A stretch of DNA of 64,000 nucleotides from Candidatus Bathyarchaeum tardum (GTDB taxonomy: Archaea; Thermoproteota; Bathyarchaeia; Bathyarchaeales; Bathyarchaeaceae), in contig CP122380.1 of the NCBI GenBank assembly GCA_024650005.2, positions 1 through 64,000 of the forward strand. Reading direction: 5' to 3'. Of the stretch, positions 47,822-58,319 are shown piece by piece; position 1 is the first letter of the stretch, and every line of letters begins with the position of its first letter. The notes under the pieces were generated by a model. The model had not been told where the DNA came from. It made no database searches and saw only the letters and a list, made by a program, of their open reading frames with translations. The translations under genes were made by a program, and so were the position numbers.

Positions 47822-49066
47822 CTATAGTATTGACATTTGAGCTCTATTTCCAAGATTTTCTTCAATTCTGATTAGTTCATTGATTTTTGCGACACGTTCT
47901 CCATGTAACACACCAGTCTTTATAACTGGACAGCCGAAACCAACTGCTAAGTGAGCTAAATGTGTATCTACTGTCTCACCAGAACGATGAGACATAACTG
48001 GAACATATCCAGCCCATTTCGCCAACCGAGTGGTCTCTAACGCATCTGTAATGGTTCCAACTTGATTAACCTTTATGACAAGAGAATTACCAGCCCCCAT
48101 TTCTATTCCCTTAGCCAATCGGTCACGGTTTGTAACAAACAAGTCATCACCACAAATTAAACAATTAGTTGATTTTTTTGTGAGTTCAGCAAAGTTTTCG
48201 TAATCATCTTCATCGAAGGGGTCTTCAACAAAAGCGAGGTTATATTCTTCAATTAGTTGCAACATAAACTCAAGTTGCTCACCAGAATCTCGTTTTTTGC
48301 CTTCCATAGAATAAACATAAACACCCTTTTTGGGGTCATAAAAACTAGAAGCCGCAACATCAAGACAGGGTCTACATTCAATATCCATTTCGTCTGAAAC
48401 TTCTTGACAAGCTTGAGAAACAATCTTTAGTGCTTCTTCGTTCTCAATGTTTGGTGCCCACGCACCTTCGTCACCTCTTCCACCAGTAAATAATTTACAT
48501 GTTTTTTTAAGAAGAGAACCAACTTTTGCATGGACTTTAATGTTTGCAGCAGCAGCCTCTGAGAAACAGGATGCATTCAAGGGAATGACCAAATATTCTT
48601 GGATGTCAGTTGTTTTTCCAAGAACATGTTTTCCGCCCCCCAAAACGTTTCCGAGAGGAAAAGGAAGCTCATTACCCAAATATCCACCCAAATATTGGAA
48701 TAAAGGCAAATCAAGAGACGTCGCAGCTGCTTCAGCAGTAGCTACAGAAACCGCAAAAGCAGTGTTTCCTCCAATATTACTAAAGTTTAGGGTGCCATCA
48801 ATTTCATGAAGAAGAATATCAATGTCACTTTGTTCTTCTGCATCCATTCCAATAAGTTCTGGAACAACAAGTTCTTCAAATTTCTTTAGGGCAGCGTCAA
48901 CTCCACCTTCAGGATAAGGAACAACTTCAGCTTTACCCGTACTAGCTCCAGCAGGGGCAGCAACGCTTCCAAATCCATCAGCAGTTATTATGTCAACCTC
49001 TATTGTTTCTCGCCCGCGACTGTTGAAAAGTTTTCTAGCTGTTACCTCTTCTATGATAGACGACAT
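47822..49066 (-). CDS. eno: enolase
   Basis: NSRG, PAGASTG, GGKH, GDEGA, EDPF, GDDLFVTN, KVNQVG, SHRSGET. Confidence 0.96.
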   Translation of the reverse strand: MSSIIEEVTARKLFNSRGRETIEVDIITADGFGSVAAPAGASTGKAEVVPYPEGGVDAALKKFEELVVPELIGMDAEEQSDIDILLHEIDGTLNFSNIGGNTAFAVSVATAEAAATSLDLPLFQYLGGYLGNELPFPLGNVLGGGKHVLGKTTDIQEYLVIPLNASCFSEAAAANIKVHAKVGSLLKKTCKLFTGGRGDEGAWAPNIENEEALKIVSQACQEVSDEMDIECRPCLDVAASSFYDPKKGVYVYSMEGKKRDSGEQLEFMLQLIEEYNLAFVEDPFDEDDYENFAELTKKSTNCLICGDDLFVTNRDRLAKGIEMGAGNSLVIKVNQVGTITDALETTRLAKWAGYVPVMSHRSGETVDTHLAHLAVGFGCPVIKTGVLHGERVAKINELIRIEENLGNRAQMSIL

Positions 49067-49078
49067 GTTGTTTCACCG

Positions 49079-49303
49079 CTAATATGGTTCAGAATTAAAG
49101 TTTGCTTTTTGGCTATAGAACCGGAGAATACTGTCAGAAATTTCAATGTGTCCAAGAACCATCCTACGACAGCAATATCTTGTTACACCTAAACTATCAA
49201 GAACCTTTTTCGGGTCTTCTCCAGACTGAACCCGCTTATTGAAGTCTTCCCATACATCAGCAACCAACTTGCCACAAGTAAAACAACGAACTGGGATTAT
49301 AAT
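49079..49303 (-). CDS. rpoN: RNA polymerase subunit N (Rpo10)
   Basis: IIPVRCFTCGK...RYCCRRM; the conserved N-terminus requires an ATT/ATA start behind GGAGGT. Confidence 0.93.
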   Translation of the reverse strand: MIIPVRCFTCGKLVADVWEDFNKRVQSGEDPKKVLDSLGVTRYCCRRMVLGHIEISDSILRFYSQKANFNSEPY

Positions 49304-49376
49304 TTCAATTCGACCTCCTACACATAATTTTGACCTTCAGGTTTTTTCCAGTTTTTTCAATTTATACTCATACATT

Positions 49377-49393
49377 GGCACCGATTCAGTGCC
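49377..49393 (-). other. GC-rich hairpin in the rps9-rpoN intergenic region
   Basis: Minus strand GGCACUG-aau-CGGUGCC. Confidence 0.35.
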
Positions 49394-49435
49394 CTTAATG
49401 CCTTAGCTACAAATACATCCATTAAATGAATGCAG

Positions 49436-49849
49436 TTACCTGTAGCTTTTCTGATCCCTAGCCCTAGCGCCTGGTCCTCCAAACTTTTTGGGCTCACTTC
49501 TTCGGGGATCACCTGCAATCATGGTTCGATCATAATCGATAAGAGTTGTTCGAAGGCGGGTGCTTTTGGTCCACTTAAGTAAACTTTTAGCTACTGCCAT
49601 ACGAGCGGCTTCAGCTTGACCCATGTATCCTCCACCAGCTACAGTGACATTTATGTCAAGTTGATTCCAAACTTTGTCATCTGTAAGTAGCAAAGGTTCA
49701 AGAATTTTGTCTCGTGCAATTTGTGGTTCATAGACTTCTAAGGGTATATTGTTTATGCGTACTCGTCCTTTGCCCAATCTAACTGTTGCTCGTGCTATTG
49801 CAGTTTTTCGCTTTCCACTTAAGACCATAACTTTTTTTGTTTTTGACAT
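49436..49849 (-). CDS. rps9: 30S ribosomal protein S9
   Basis: [32 protein letters not shown]. Confidence 0.98.
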   Translation of the reverse strand: MSKTKKVMVLSGKRKTAIARATVRLGKGRVRINNIPLEVYEPQIARDKILEPLLLTDDKVWNQLDINVTVAGGGYMGQAEAARMAVAKSLLKWTKSTRLRTTLIDYDRTMIAGDPRRSEPKKFGGPGARARDQKSYR

Positions 49850-49850
49850 T

Positions 49851-50294
49851 CTAATCTACCTCTGGGGTCCATCCGCCGATTTCTTTAGCCAATTCGCCCA
49901 CGGTTATATAAGGTGATTTTAATTTGCCCGTGCTTGCTTCAATAACAGTCTGAAAATCTTTGCCATCAAATTCAACGGGAACCCCTAAGTATACCCGCAA
50001 TCTTTTGAAAGCTTCAATACCTTTAGATTTTCGCCGAGGCAGCATTCCACGGATAGTTCGACTTACAATTTTGTCGGGTCGTCTAGGATGGTTTGGACCT
50101 TTTCTGGGGTGACCAACTTCCAAGAAAGTTTTAGCGTCAGTAACTATGTGCTGCTTCTTGCCAGAAATGGCTGCTTTTTCAGCATTTAAAATAACTACAC
50201 TTTCACCGTCAAGAAGACGTTTAGCTACATTACTAGCCAATCGACCAAGAATTAGACCTTTAGCATCAATTATTACAGAATTATTAGAAGACAT
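49851..50294 (-). CDS. rpl13: 50S ribosomal protein L13
   Basis: [23 protein letters not shown]. Confidence 0.97.
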   Translation of the reverse strand: MSSNNSVIIDAKGLILGRLASNVAKRLLDGESVVILNAEKAAISGKKQHIVTDAKTFLEVGHPRKGPNHPRRPDKIVSRTIRGMLPRRKSKGIEAFKRLRVYLGVPVEFDGKDFQTVIEASTGKLKSPYITVGELAKEIGGWTPEVD

Positions 50295-50300
50295 CCCAAT

Positions 50301-50663
50301 TCACTCCATTATTTTCACGTTTTTACCTGTTGGGTTTTTTTTCATCAGGTCGCGAATAGACAAACATTGTCCTTTACTGTTCGCAATTTTAGTTTTAGCA
50401 ACATCAGAGAAAGAAAAAGCAGCAATATTCAAAGGATGATCTGCTTGTCCGGCACCTAAAACTTTGCCTGGAACTACTACGGTTTCACCTTCTTTTGTGT
50501 AACGATTTAATCGACTCAAATTTACGGCTACACGACTTCGGTTCGAACTGTTTAAACGTTCAGCAAGGCTAAGCCATAGTTCAGTTTGGCTTTCTTGTGA
50601 CTGTTTTTTCAAATCACGAATGAGCGTAACAAGCTCTGGATTAGTTGACTTTAATTTCTTCAC
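50301..50663 (-). CDS. rpl18e: 50S ribosomal protein L18e
   Basis: TNP, VNLSRL, VVPGKVLG. Confidence 0.96.
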   Translation of the reverse strand: MKKLKSTNPELVTLIRDLKKQSQESQTELWLSLAERLNSSNRSRVAVNLSRLNRYTKEGETVVVPGKVLGAGQADHPLNIAAFSFSDVAKTKIANSKGQCLSIRDLMKKNPTGKNVKIME

Positions 50664-51484
50664 TTCTTATTACCCTTTTTAAGTTGATTAGAAAATTCTT
50701 TGATTTCGTTGTCAAGAATTTTTGTTGCTTCCATAACTATTCGTTCTACTGGAAGTGCTCCAGTTGATTCGATTTTAAAAATGAAAGTTTTATCATCCCA
50801 AGACACGTTTACAGCGGTTGCTGAGTCTTTGGGACATGCATCTACACAGTCCATACATAATGTACAGTTGATTTCGTTCTGAACTTTTATTCCGTCATCA
50901 GTCTGTTTTAGAATGTTTTCTGGACAGATTTTAACACATTTTCCACATGAATCACAGAGTTTTGGATCAATTTTGATTTTAGGAAGATAACTATAAACGC
51001 ACATAGAAACTGGTTGCCATTTTGCGTGTTTTTTGCCTTTTCCTAGGCGTGCATAAGCTTCCATTTTGATTTTTTGATCTTGAGCCAATTTTGCAAGTGG
51101 AATCTTGTCACTTACTGGAGCAATGTCAGGATTTTCAGGGATTATGTCACCCGAATAAACGGTTGTTATTTTTTCGTTTGCTTCAATTTCTAGTGTTAGA
51201 TTTGCCCGACAAAGGCTACATCCAAATTCGCTTTCACATTTACAGTCTTCAGGTAGACTGTAAGAATCTAAATCAGTTTTAAGAGGAATGAACCCCATTC
51301 TGTGTGAAAGGATTTCATCAGTAAGAATTGACGAATTTTCAAGAATTACAATCTCGTCTATAGCCATTGCTGGGACTTCAGTAAGGATTATTCTTCGTAG
51401 TGCGTTAACAAAAGGCGTATTGACTCCGCTAACAATGAAGCGCATGTACTCGCTGGTTTTCTCAATTATTTGAATTTCTACCAC
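50660..51484 (-). CDS. rpoD: RNA polymerase subunit D (Rpo3) with ferredoxin-like insert
   Basis: NALRRI, ENSS..DEILSHRMGFIP, HAKWQP; CxxCxxCxxxCP twice; probable GTG start 51484. Confidence 0.96.
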   Translation of the reverse strand: MVEIQIIEKTSEYMRFIVSGVNTPFVNALRRIILTEVPAMAIDEIVILENSSILTDEILSHRMGFIPLKTDLDSYSLPEDCKCESEFGCSLCRANLTLEIEANEKITTVYSGDIIPENPDIAPVSDKIPLAKLAQDQKIKMEAYARLGKGKKHAKWQPVSMCVYSYLPKIKIDPKLCDSCGKCVKICPENILKQTDDGIKVQNEINCTLCMDCVDACPKDSATAVNVSWDDKTFIFKIESTGALPVERIVMEATKILDNEIKEFSNQLKKGNKK

Positions 51485-51638
51485 ATTTAAGCCTCTGTAA
51501 TTAACGCGTTTAAAGCTCGTGCTTTTCAAAAAGAGCTAAAGCCATTATTTCAATATTTTGGTTATCAGACAAAGCCGATTCAATACTTTTTTCGGCTATT
51601 GTCCAACATTTCACAAAAATAATGAAGAAAAAAGGGAT

Positions 51639-52034
51639 TTAGACTCTACGTCCTCTGCGTCCACCCTTCCTTCGAGTGCCATCGTGAGGAATGGGAGTAA
51701 CTTCTTCAATTCGCCCGACACGGAATCCTGCTCTTGCTAATGCACGGATTGCAGATTGTGCTCCAGCTCCCGGTGTTCGGGCTCCTGAGCCTCCAGGGGC
51801 ACGAACTTTGATGTGAATGGCAGTTATGCCTTTGTCTTTGGCAATTGTTGCAGTGTGTGCTGCTGCACGCATTGTAGCATATGCAGAAGATTCTAGTCGG
51901 TCTGATTTAACGTGCATTCCACCTGAAGACCGAGCAATGGTTTCCGCCCCAGTGATATCTGTGAAATGAATTATCGTATTATTATATGAACTGAAAACAT
52001 GAACTACAGCCCATTTGTCAGCTTTTTTACTCAT
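51639..52034 (-). CDS. rps11: 30S ribosomal protein S11
   Basis: [21 protein letters not shown]. Confidence 0.98.
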   Translation of the reverse strand: MSKKADKWAVVHVFSSYNNTIIHFTDITGAETIARSSGGMHVKSDRLESSAYATMRAAAHTATIAKDKGITAIHIKVRAPGGSGARTPGAGAQSAIRALARAGFRVGRIEEVTPIPHDGTRRKGGRRGRRV

Positions 52035-52593
52035 TCTTGGTTTCCTCCTCTTCTCCCATCATAGGTTCACCAGGTATACTTGCTGCCCGTGTTATGGGGT
52101 GATCAGGACTTGTTAAAGGACTCTTTGGAGAATATTCGATTTTGTCTTCTTCTTCTCGGAGTACCAAATAACTTGGTGCAGAAACTTTTTGCCCATTAAT
52201 GGAAACATGTCCATGAGCAATCAGTTGACGGGATTGTTGCATTGTTTGGGCTAATCCTCTTCGGAAAACAAGAGTTTGCAGTCTTCTGTCAAGTATGTTT
52301 TCTAAGGTAAGGTCCAAAACGTCGTCTAGTTCAGATTCTTCGTGAAGGATTCCTAACCTGTTGAGTCTGTGCAGAAGTTGTTTTTCTTGAATACTTCTCT
52401 CATCAGCAGACTTGCCTAGAAGTGAACGCCCAATACCCCTGTATTTTGAAAGCAGAGTTTTGTGGCGCCAAATTTCTCGTTTGTTACGTAAACCATATTC
52501 ACCGAGAAGTTTGAGTTCTGCTTCTAAAGCGTCTATTTGCCAAGGAAATCTTGGAGTGTCAAATTTTTTGCGTTGTCTTTTCGGATCACCCAT
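52027..52593 (-). CDS. rps4: 30S ribosomal protein S4
   Basis: [25 protein letters not shown]. Confidence 0.98.
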   Translation of the reverse strand: MGDPKRQRKKFDTPRFPWQIDALEAELKLLGEYGLRNKREIWRHKTLLSKYRGIGRSLLGKSADERSIQEKQLLHRLNRLGILHEESELDDVLDLTLENILDRRLQTLVFRRGLAQTMQQSRQLIAHGHVSINGQKVSAPSYLVLREEEDKIEYSPKSPLTSPDHPITRAASIPGEPMMGEEEETKNE

Positions 52594-52596
52594 TTA

Positions 52597-53061
52597 CTAT
52601 TTTCCTCCTCGTTGTACTTGTTTTCGTTTTACACCCATGGCCTTTCCTTCCCGACCTGTTGATTTGGTTCGTTGACCTCTAACCTTCAAACCATAGCTGT
52701 GACGGAATCCCTTCCATGACCTTATTGCTTTCATTCCGTCGATGTCGTTCTTTGTTTGAACGATTAGGTCTGTTCCTAAGAGATGAAGGTTTTTTCCCGT
52801 GTCCATATCTTTTCGTCTGTTTAGAAGCCAAGCGGGAATACCATATTTATTTGGATTTGTGATGACGTCTTCGATTTTTGCTACATCAGCACTGGAAAGA
52901 AAACCCATTCTTTGTTCGGGATCGATTCCAGATTTTTCTACAATTACAGTTGCTAATTTGATTCCTATACCCTTTACATTAGTTAGGGCGTAAGTTACCG
53001 GCTGACTGCCTTGAATATCTGCTCCGGCAAACCTTATGATGTGCTGAAATTCTCTAGACAT
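52597..53061 (-). CDS. rps13: 30S ribosomal protein S13
   Basis: KGIG, WLLNRRKD, GLKVRGQRTKSTGR. Confidence 0.98.
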   Translation of the reverse strand: MSREFQHIIRFAGADIQGSQPVTYALTNVKGIGIKLATVIVEKSGIDPEQRMGFLSSADVAKIEDVITNPNKYGIPAWLLNRRKDMDTGKNLHLLGTDLIVQTKNDIDGMKAIRSWKGFRHSYGLKVRGQRTKSTGREGKAMGVKRKQVQRGGK

Positions 53062-53232
53062 CTTGAATTTTCACGTCTCTTTTAAGCTAACTACCGAAGT
53101 GAATAGTTGTTTATTTAAGTTTTCCTTATGGACAACAATTTCTCTTCAATAAACAATGCAAACAGGTACCAAATTTGGTTGTTTTAGTTTAGAAAGGTGT
53201 AGATTCAAAAAGAAAAAAGGCTGATAGAAAGT

Positions 53233-53607
53233 TTAAGTAAAGTTTTCTCGATGAACAAGAAGAATCAAGGATACCACCAATAAGAGTATAATGTAAACTA
53301 TCAGAGCCACATTTAGCATAATAGCACCTCCAAAGGTGTTTAAAGCAACAGAACTAGACAGAGTTGTCACCCCAAAGGTTAATCCTACAGCTAAAAGAGC
53401 AGCAACAAGGGGTACAGCCAATTTTTTCATGCTGAAAACCAAGTATCCAGTAATTAAGCTTAGAATCCCAAGAAGTGGAAGATGCAAAGGCGCACTAGAG
53501 CCCTCTAATGCAAAGGAGCCTAATTGGACAATTCCGGCTGCTATGTAAAAAATGGAAAACATCAAAAATGTTCGATTTTTTGTCGCCATGCTTGTTTCTG
53601 AAGCCAT
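53233..53607 (-). CDS. four-TM membrane protein
   Basis: Four hydrophobic segments. Confidence 0.7.
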   Translation of the reverse strand: MASETSMATKNRTFLMFSIFYIAAGIVQLGSFALEGSSAPLHLPLLGILSLITGYLVFSMKKLAVPLVAALLAVGLTFGVTTLSSSVALNTFGGAIMLNVALIVYIILLLVVSLILLVHRENFT

Positions 53608-53811
53608 ATTGTATTCCCTGCTACCGCTATAATACGATTAGTAATAAAATAGTTTCTCAAGATTGATTTCCGAAAGAACAGTTTTATGCATAAAAAACAA
53701 GTTCAAAGAAAAAAGAAGAATACAGATTGTTGATATGGAAGATAGATTTGGTATAATAATTTTGTTTTCATAAGGGTTATCATTCGTTAGCCTAATCTGT
53801 GTGCGATAAAG

Positions 53812-54036
53812 ATGGACACTAAAAAACTGCTTTCAAAGGAAATATCTGCAAGAATAAAGGGGCAAATTAATGAACAAATAGTTTCTGAGAAAGTTGATCA
53901 GTTCTTCAAGCATGGAAACACCTTTCTTCTCTTAGAATTAATGAGCCTAAGAAGGGAAGTGAAAAGTCTACGAGAAGAGCTCCAATACTATCAAGAAAAC
54001 AAGCAAAACTCCCTTCGCGCTTTGATTGTTCCCTAA
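53812..54036 (+). CDS. small coiled-coil hypothetical protein
   Basis: 74-aa ORF with C-terminal heptads. Confidence 0.6.
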   Translation: MDTKKLLSKEISARIKGQINEQIVSEKVDQFFKHGNTFLLLELMSLRREVKSLREELQYYQENKQNSLRALIVP

Positions 54037-54166
54037 ACTGTGAAAATTTGTTCGCTCTGCAAATAATTCATGGAGAACCATAAACATTGCAGGTGTGGTA
54101 TTGTCGGCTGTTTTCGCAATCTTTAAAAGTATACTGAATAATGGCATATGCAGTTGAGGATTTAAA

Positions 54167-54424
54167 ATGGTCGAATTTCCCGAAGACGTTTTAAAAAAAG
54201 CGTTTATGAGAGCAAACATGCGATGTCAATGTGAACGAGATACCCATGATCATGGAACTTTTACGTGTTTCAAACAAATCATTTGGGAACACCGGGGAAA
54301 CGCAAATGAAAGAAGTGGCTGGGAAGCCGTCTTTTTTGTCAGCCCAGAAAAGGGTGGAAAACCCACAGTAGAAAACTGTGAAATCCTGTGCTGGGACTGC
54401 TACACAAAAGTGAAGAGCCAATAA
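54167..54424 (+). CDS. small HNH-fold/zinc-binding protein, probably degenerate
   Basis: RANMRCQC...GWEA....GG....NCEILCWDC; GAGGA RBS. Confidence 0.7.
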   Translation: MVEFPEDVLKKAFMRANMRCQCERDTHDHGTFTCFKQIIWEHRGNANERSGWEAVFFVSPEKGGKPTVENCEILCWDCYTKVKSQ

Positions 54425-54497
54425 TCCTAAATCTTCCTTTTTCCTTATTTTAAAACTAATGTACATACTGCGCTTATTTTTGGGGGAATGACCAAGT

Positions 54498-55391
54498 ATG
54501 AGTTATCGTGACCTCTTTGTATCTCCATCGCCAGTTTTTACTGGAAGTCAAGAAATCTATGAAGCAGCAAAATATGCAATTTTGGGAGTGCCTTTTGACG
54601 TAACAAGCACTTATCGTTCTGGCGCTAAATTTGCGCCTTTGGCCATCAGGGATATTTCCCAAAACATCGAGTGTTACAGTTTTCGGTCAGGCATAGACAT
54701 AGAAGACCTGCAAACCCATGATTTAGGAGACCTTCACGTTGCAGCAGATGTAGAGTTAACTCTTGGTCGCCTAGCCTTAGTAGCCCAAGACCTTTTTGAC
54801 GAGGAAAAAATTCCCGTGTTTATCGGTGGAGAACACACCATAACTTTGGGGGTCGCGCGCTGTTTTGATGAAAACGTTACTGTGGTAAGCTTTGATGCTC
54901 ACTTGGATTTACGGGATAATTATCTTGGTCTTAATGTTTCTCATACAACGTTTATGCGAAGAATCAATGAGTCTGTTAAACCCACAAAGATTTTAGAAAT
55001 TGGAACTCGCGCAGTATGCAAAGAAGAGCTTGATTACGCAAGGGAAGCAAACATTGACTATATGACAGCTCTTCAGATAAGAAAGGATGGGGTTAAAAAA
55101 GCAGTTGAAGAGATAAAGAAGGCTCTAAAGGGTAGTAAAAAAGTATACATTACTGTTGATATGGATGTTTTAGACCCAGCCTTTGTACCTGCAGTGCCAA
55201 ACCCTGAACCGGAGGGGCTTGACACGTCAACACTTTTGGACTTGCTTGAAACAGTATGCGAATATAACGTAATTGGATTTGACGTGGTTGAAGTAGCACC
55301 ACAATATGATCAGGGCGTAACAGCCACTCAAGCAGCAAAAGTAATCTTTGAAATGTTAGGATTTCTGGAATGCAAACAAAAACGAAGCTAA
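54498..55391 (+). CDS. speB: agmatinase
   Basis: GVPFD, GGEHTIT, FDAHLD, SH, DMDVLDP, PEPEG, VEVAP. Confidence 0.93.
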   Translation: MSYRDLFVSPSPVFTGSQEIYEAAKYAILGVPFDVTSTYRSGAKFAPLAIRDISQNIECYSFRSGIDIEDLQTHDLGDLHVAADVELTLGRLALVAQDLFDEEKIPVFIGGEHTITLGVARCFDENVTVVSFDAHLDLRDNYLGLNVSHTTFMRRINESVKPTKILEIGTRAVCKEELDYAREANIDYMTALQIRKDGVKKAVEEIKKALKGSKKVYITVDMDVLDPAFVPAVPNPEPEGLDTSTLLDLLETVCEYNVIGFDVVEVAPQYDQGVTATQAAKVIFEMLGFLECKQKRS

Positions 55392-55401
55392 TTTGCTTTG
55401 T

Positions 55402-56742
55402 TTATTTGATTTCTTTTTGTAGTTTTGCTACAAAAAAGCCGTTACATTTGTGAATATGTGGATACAAACGTTGGCATTTAGTTAATCCTCGAAGTCCAGG
55501 CAAACCAATTTGGGGTTTTGGGTTTACTAACTTGAATTCAGGGTTTGTTTTCAGGAAGCTTTCGATTACACACTCGTTTTCTTCAACTGTTATGCTACAT
55601 GTAGAATATGTTAAAAACCCACCCTCCTTCACGTATTGTGCACCTTCTTCTATCATTTCTGATTGCATTTTTGACATTCCCAATATGGACCGCTTACTGA
55701 GACGCCATTTTGCAGCAGGTGTTTTCCCAAAAGTTCCTGTGCTTGTACATGGGGGATCTAAAATTACCACATCAGCAGAAAATTTCAAAGGTAAACTGTT
55801 TCGTACATCAGCCACTATGGGCAGCACGATGCTTGTGCCGAGACGCTTGGTTTGTCGTTTCCAGACACCTATTCGCCGTTTTGAGTAATCAACAGAAAGA
55901 ATTGTCCCATTATTTTCCATTAGTTGTGCCAAATATGTTGTTTTAGATCCGGGAGCGGCACACAAATCAAGAATTGTGTTTCCTGGTTTGGGATCTGCGA
56001 TTTCTGAAGCTAAGCAACTGGCTTTGTCTTGGACATAATAGAACCCATCATGGAAGCTTTGTGTCTTTGTAAGAGGTTTTTTTGTTTCAATAAGTTTGTA
56101 GGCGTGCCTAAGATGTGGAACCTTTTCCAGAATTATAGATTCCTCATTCAAGGTTTTTAATATTTTTTGCTCAGGTGCATTCAGGGTGTTAATTCGAACG
56201 TAAACGGGTGGAATTTGTGTGGATTTTCCTAAAAATTGGAGGGCTTCGTATCGTCCCAAAAGTTTGTAACAGTAGTCAACAAACCATGTTGGATGATATA
56301 TTTGTAATCCAATTTTTTCTGTTTCTTCAAGACAGTTTAGGACTTTTTTTGGGTTGAGGCTTAATATTTTACCAAGAACTTCTTCTACGTCATTAAGTCG
56401 TGACCAGCCCAGAATTCTGCGACCCATTTGGGCGATTTTTGAAGCATTATCAAGGTTTGAATCAACAAATTTTGTTTCATGAACATATAGTTCAAGAAAA
56501 GCGCGGATATTCAGTTTTATTTCATCAATTGAACGAGGGACTAGGACAATGTCAAGTATATGGTCTATGTAATTTTTTTTTCGGAGGGTTTCAGTAATAA
56601 GCCGATGGGCTAAGCCAATTGCGCGGGGGTCTTTTATTTTCAGTTTTTTTGTTGCGTTTGTTAAGGCTAAACGCTCACCGAGTCGTTTTAATTCTATACA
56701 GCTTAAAGTTTCAATGGCGAGAGCCCAAGCATCCCTTAGCAT
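55402..56742 (-). CDS. RsmB/NOL1/NOP2 RNA m5C methyltransferase
   Basis: QDKAS, DLCAAPGSKT, LDPPCTSTG, YSTCS, EENE, GFFVA. Confidence 0.92.
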   Translation of the reverse strand: MLRDAWALAIETLSCIELKRLGERLALTNATKKLKIKDPRAIGLAHRLITETLRKKNYIDHILDIVLVPRSIDEIKLNIRAFLELYVHETKFVDSNLDNASKIAQMGRRILGWSRLNDVEEVLGKILSLNPKKVLNCLEETEKIGLQIYHPTWFVDYCYKLLGRYEALQFLGKSTQIPPVYVRINTLNAPEQKILKTLNEESIILEKVPHLRHAYKLIETKKPLTKTQSFHDGFYYVQDKASCLASEIADPKPGNTILDLCAAPGSKTTYLAQLMENNGTILSVDYSKRRIGVWKRQTKRLGTSIVLPIVADVRNSLPLKFSADVVILDPPCTSTGTFGKTPAAKWRLSKRSILGMSKMQSEMIEEGAQYVKEGGFLTYSTCSITVEENECVIESFLKTNPEFKLVNPKPQIGLPGLRGLTKCQRLYPHIHKCNGFFVAKLQKEIK

Positions 56743-56843
56743 TTATGGTCATATTGTGTCTTAGCTGGGCACATATTAAAGGCTTGATAAGGTTAAATAA
56801 TTACATGTTTGGATGAAAAACTAAGCAAATGTTGTGAGCCATA

Positions 56844-57119
56844 ATGAAGCTACAAGAAGTTCCTGAAGGAGTTGTATTAGATGTGTTTGTTAAACCAAAC
56901 GCTGAAAGGTTTCAACTAAAAATTGAAGAGGACGAACTTGTAGCTTTGTCCAGTGAGGCTCCAGTGAAAGGTAAAGTTAACAAGGAATTGCTTAAGCAGT
57001 TGACAAAGATTTTTGGTCATAAAGTTGAGTTGGTTTCAGGGTTTACTTCACGTCAGAAACGGTTTCTTGTTACGGGAATAGACGCAAAAGAAGTTGAACA
57101 AATCTTAGAGTCTGTTTGA
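56844..57119 (+). CDS. DUF167 (YggU-like) protein
   Basis: VKPNA, APVKGKVN, SGFTSRQK. Confidence 0.88.
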   Translation: MKLQEVPEGVVLDVFVKPNAERFQLKIEEDELVALSSEAPVKGKVNKELLKQLTKIFGHKVELVSGFTSRQKRFLVTGIDAKEVEQILESV

Positions 57120-57129
57120 GGAAAAACAA

Positions 57130-57876
57130 ATGGTTGAGCTTTCAAAAGAAGAACTTCAGTATTATTCGCGACAAATCATGATGGAAGAAATCGGTGCCAA
57201 AGGTCAATTAAAACTGAAAAATTCTAAAGTTTGCGTGGTTGGTTTAGGGGGTTTAGGTTCTCCTGTGGCGATGCAGTTAGCAGGGATGGGGGTTGGGCAT
57301 TTGCGCATTGTTGATGGCGACTTTGTAGATGTGACAAATTTACATCGGCAACACCTTTATGGTGTTGACAAAAAGGGGATGTCAAAAGTCGATGCGGCTA
57401 CAGAACGATTACGGAAGTTGAATCCCTACATAGTTATTGAGCCTGTGAAGACTTTGGTAAACAAAACTAACGCAAAAGAAATAATTCAGAGCATGAACGT
57501 TGTGGTTGACGGCTTAGACAATATGGAGGCACGCTATGCGGTTAATCGAGAATGTGTTAAACTTGGTGTTCCCTATGTATTTGGTGCTGTAGCAACCACT
57601 ACAGGGAACGTTTCAACGATAGTTCCTGAAAAAACTGTTTGTCTTGAATGTTTTTATGGAAACAAATCAAAAAGTGAATCGGAAATTGTTGGGGTTCATC
57701 CGTCAGCGGTGAACATTATTGCAAGTTTGGAAGTCAGCGAGACCATAAAGTTGCTAACAGGTCAAGAGCCCTGTTTGGTTAACAAGCTTCTAAACTTTGA
57801 TTTAAACGGGTTAGAGATAAATCTAGTTCCTCTTTCAAAAGTTGATTCTTGTCCTGTTTGTGGACCAAACTCATAA
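57130..57876 (+). CDS. ThiF/MoeB/UbaA-family E1-like adenylyltransferase
   Basis: YSRQ, GLGGLGS, D.D.V..TNLHRQ, DGLDN..AR, CLEC, CPVC. Confidence 0.92.
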   Translation: MVELSKEELQYYSRQIMMEEIGAKGQLKLKNSKVCVVGLGGLGSPVAMQLAGMGVGHLRIVDGDFVDVTNLHRQHLYGVDKKGMSKVDAATERLRKLNPYIVIEPVKTLVNKTNAKEIIQSMNVVVDGLDNMEARYAVNRECVKLGVPYVFGAVATTTGNVSTIVPEKTVCLECFYGNKSKSESEIVGVHPSAVNIIASLEVSETIKLLTGQEPCLVNKLLNFDLNGLEINLVPLSKVDSCPVCGPNS

Positions 57877-58319
57877 ATATAGAAAGTGTGAAAGTGGGTT
57901 TAAGGAAACATTTTTGCTGTCCTTTGGTTTTCAAGAAAAAAGCCGTTTTCACCAATGAACTACTATTAAGATTGTAATAGTGGTTTAGGGTCATTTAAGT
58001 TTTAAAATAATATAGAAGGGGTTTGTTGAGCTTACCCAAGTAATCGAGAGTGAAAAAATTGAAAAAACAATGCCACTATCATTTGTTTCATCATTTTAAT
58101 TCTTTACATTTTTTTGATAGCTACAATATTGTTCACAGTTTAGATTAAATTTTTCCAAGAAATTGATTAGAAAATTAGATAAAATCAAATTTAACAACCA
58201 AAATCCCTTATATTATTACCAAAGTTGTTTTGTAACAAATAAAAACCACTTTTTACTACCAGAGTCCTATAGGTAATCTTTAAAGAGGTTAAATCAATAA
58301 AAGGTTTAGAGAAAATTAG

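Noticed and set aside
51490-51600. Short inverted repeats between rps11 and rpoD
   Set aside because: Stems of 5-6 bp with long loops; too weak to call without covariation data
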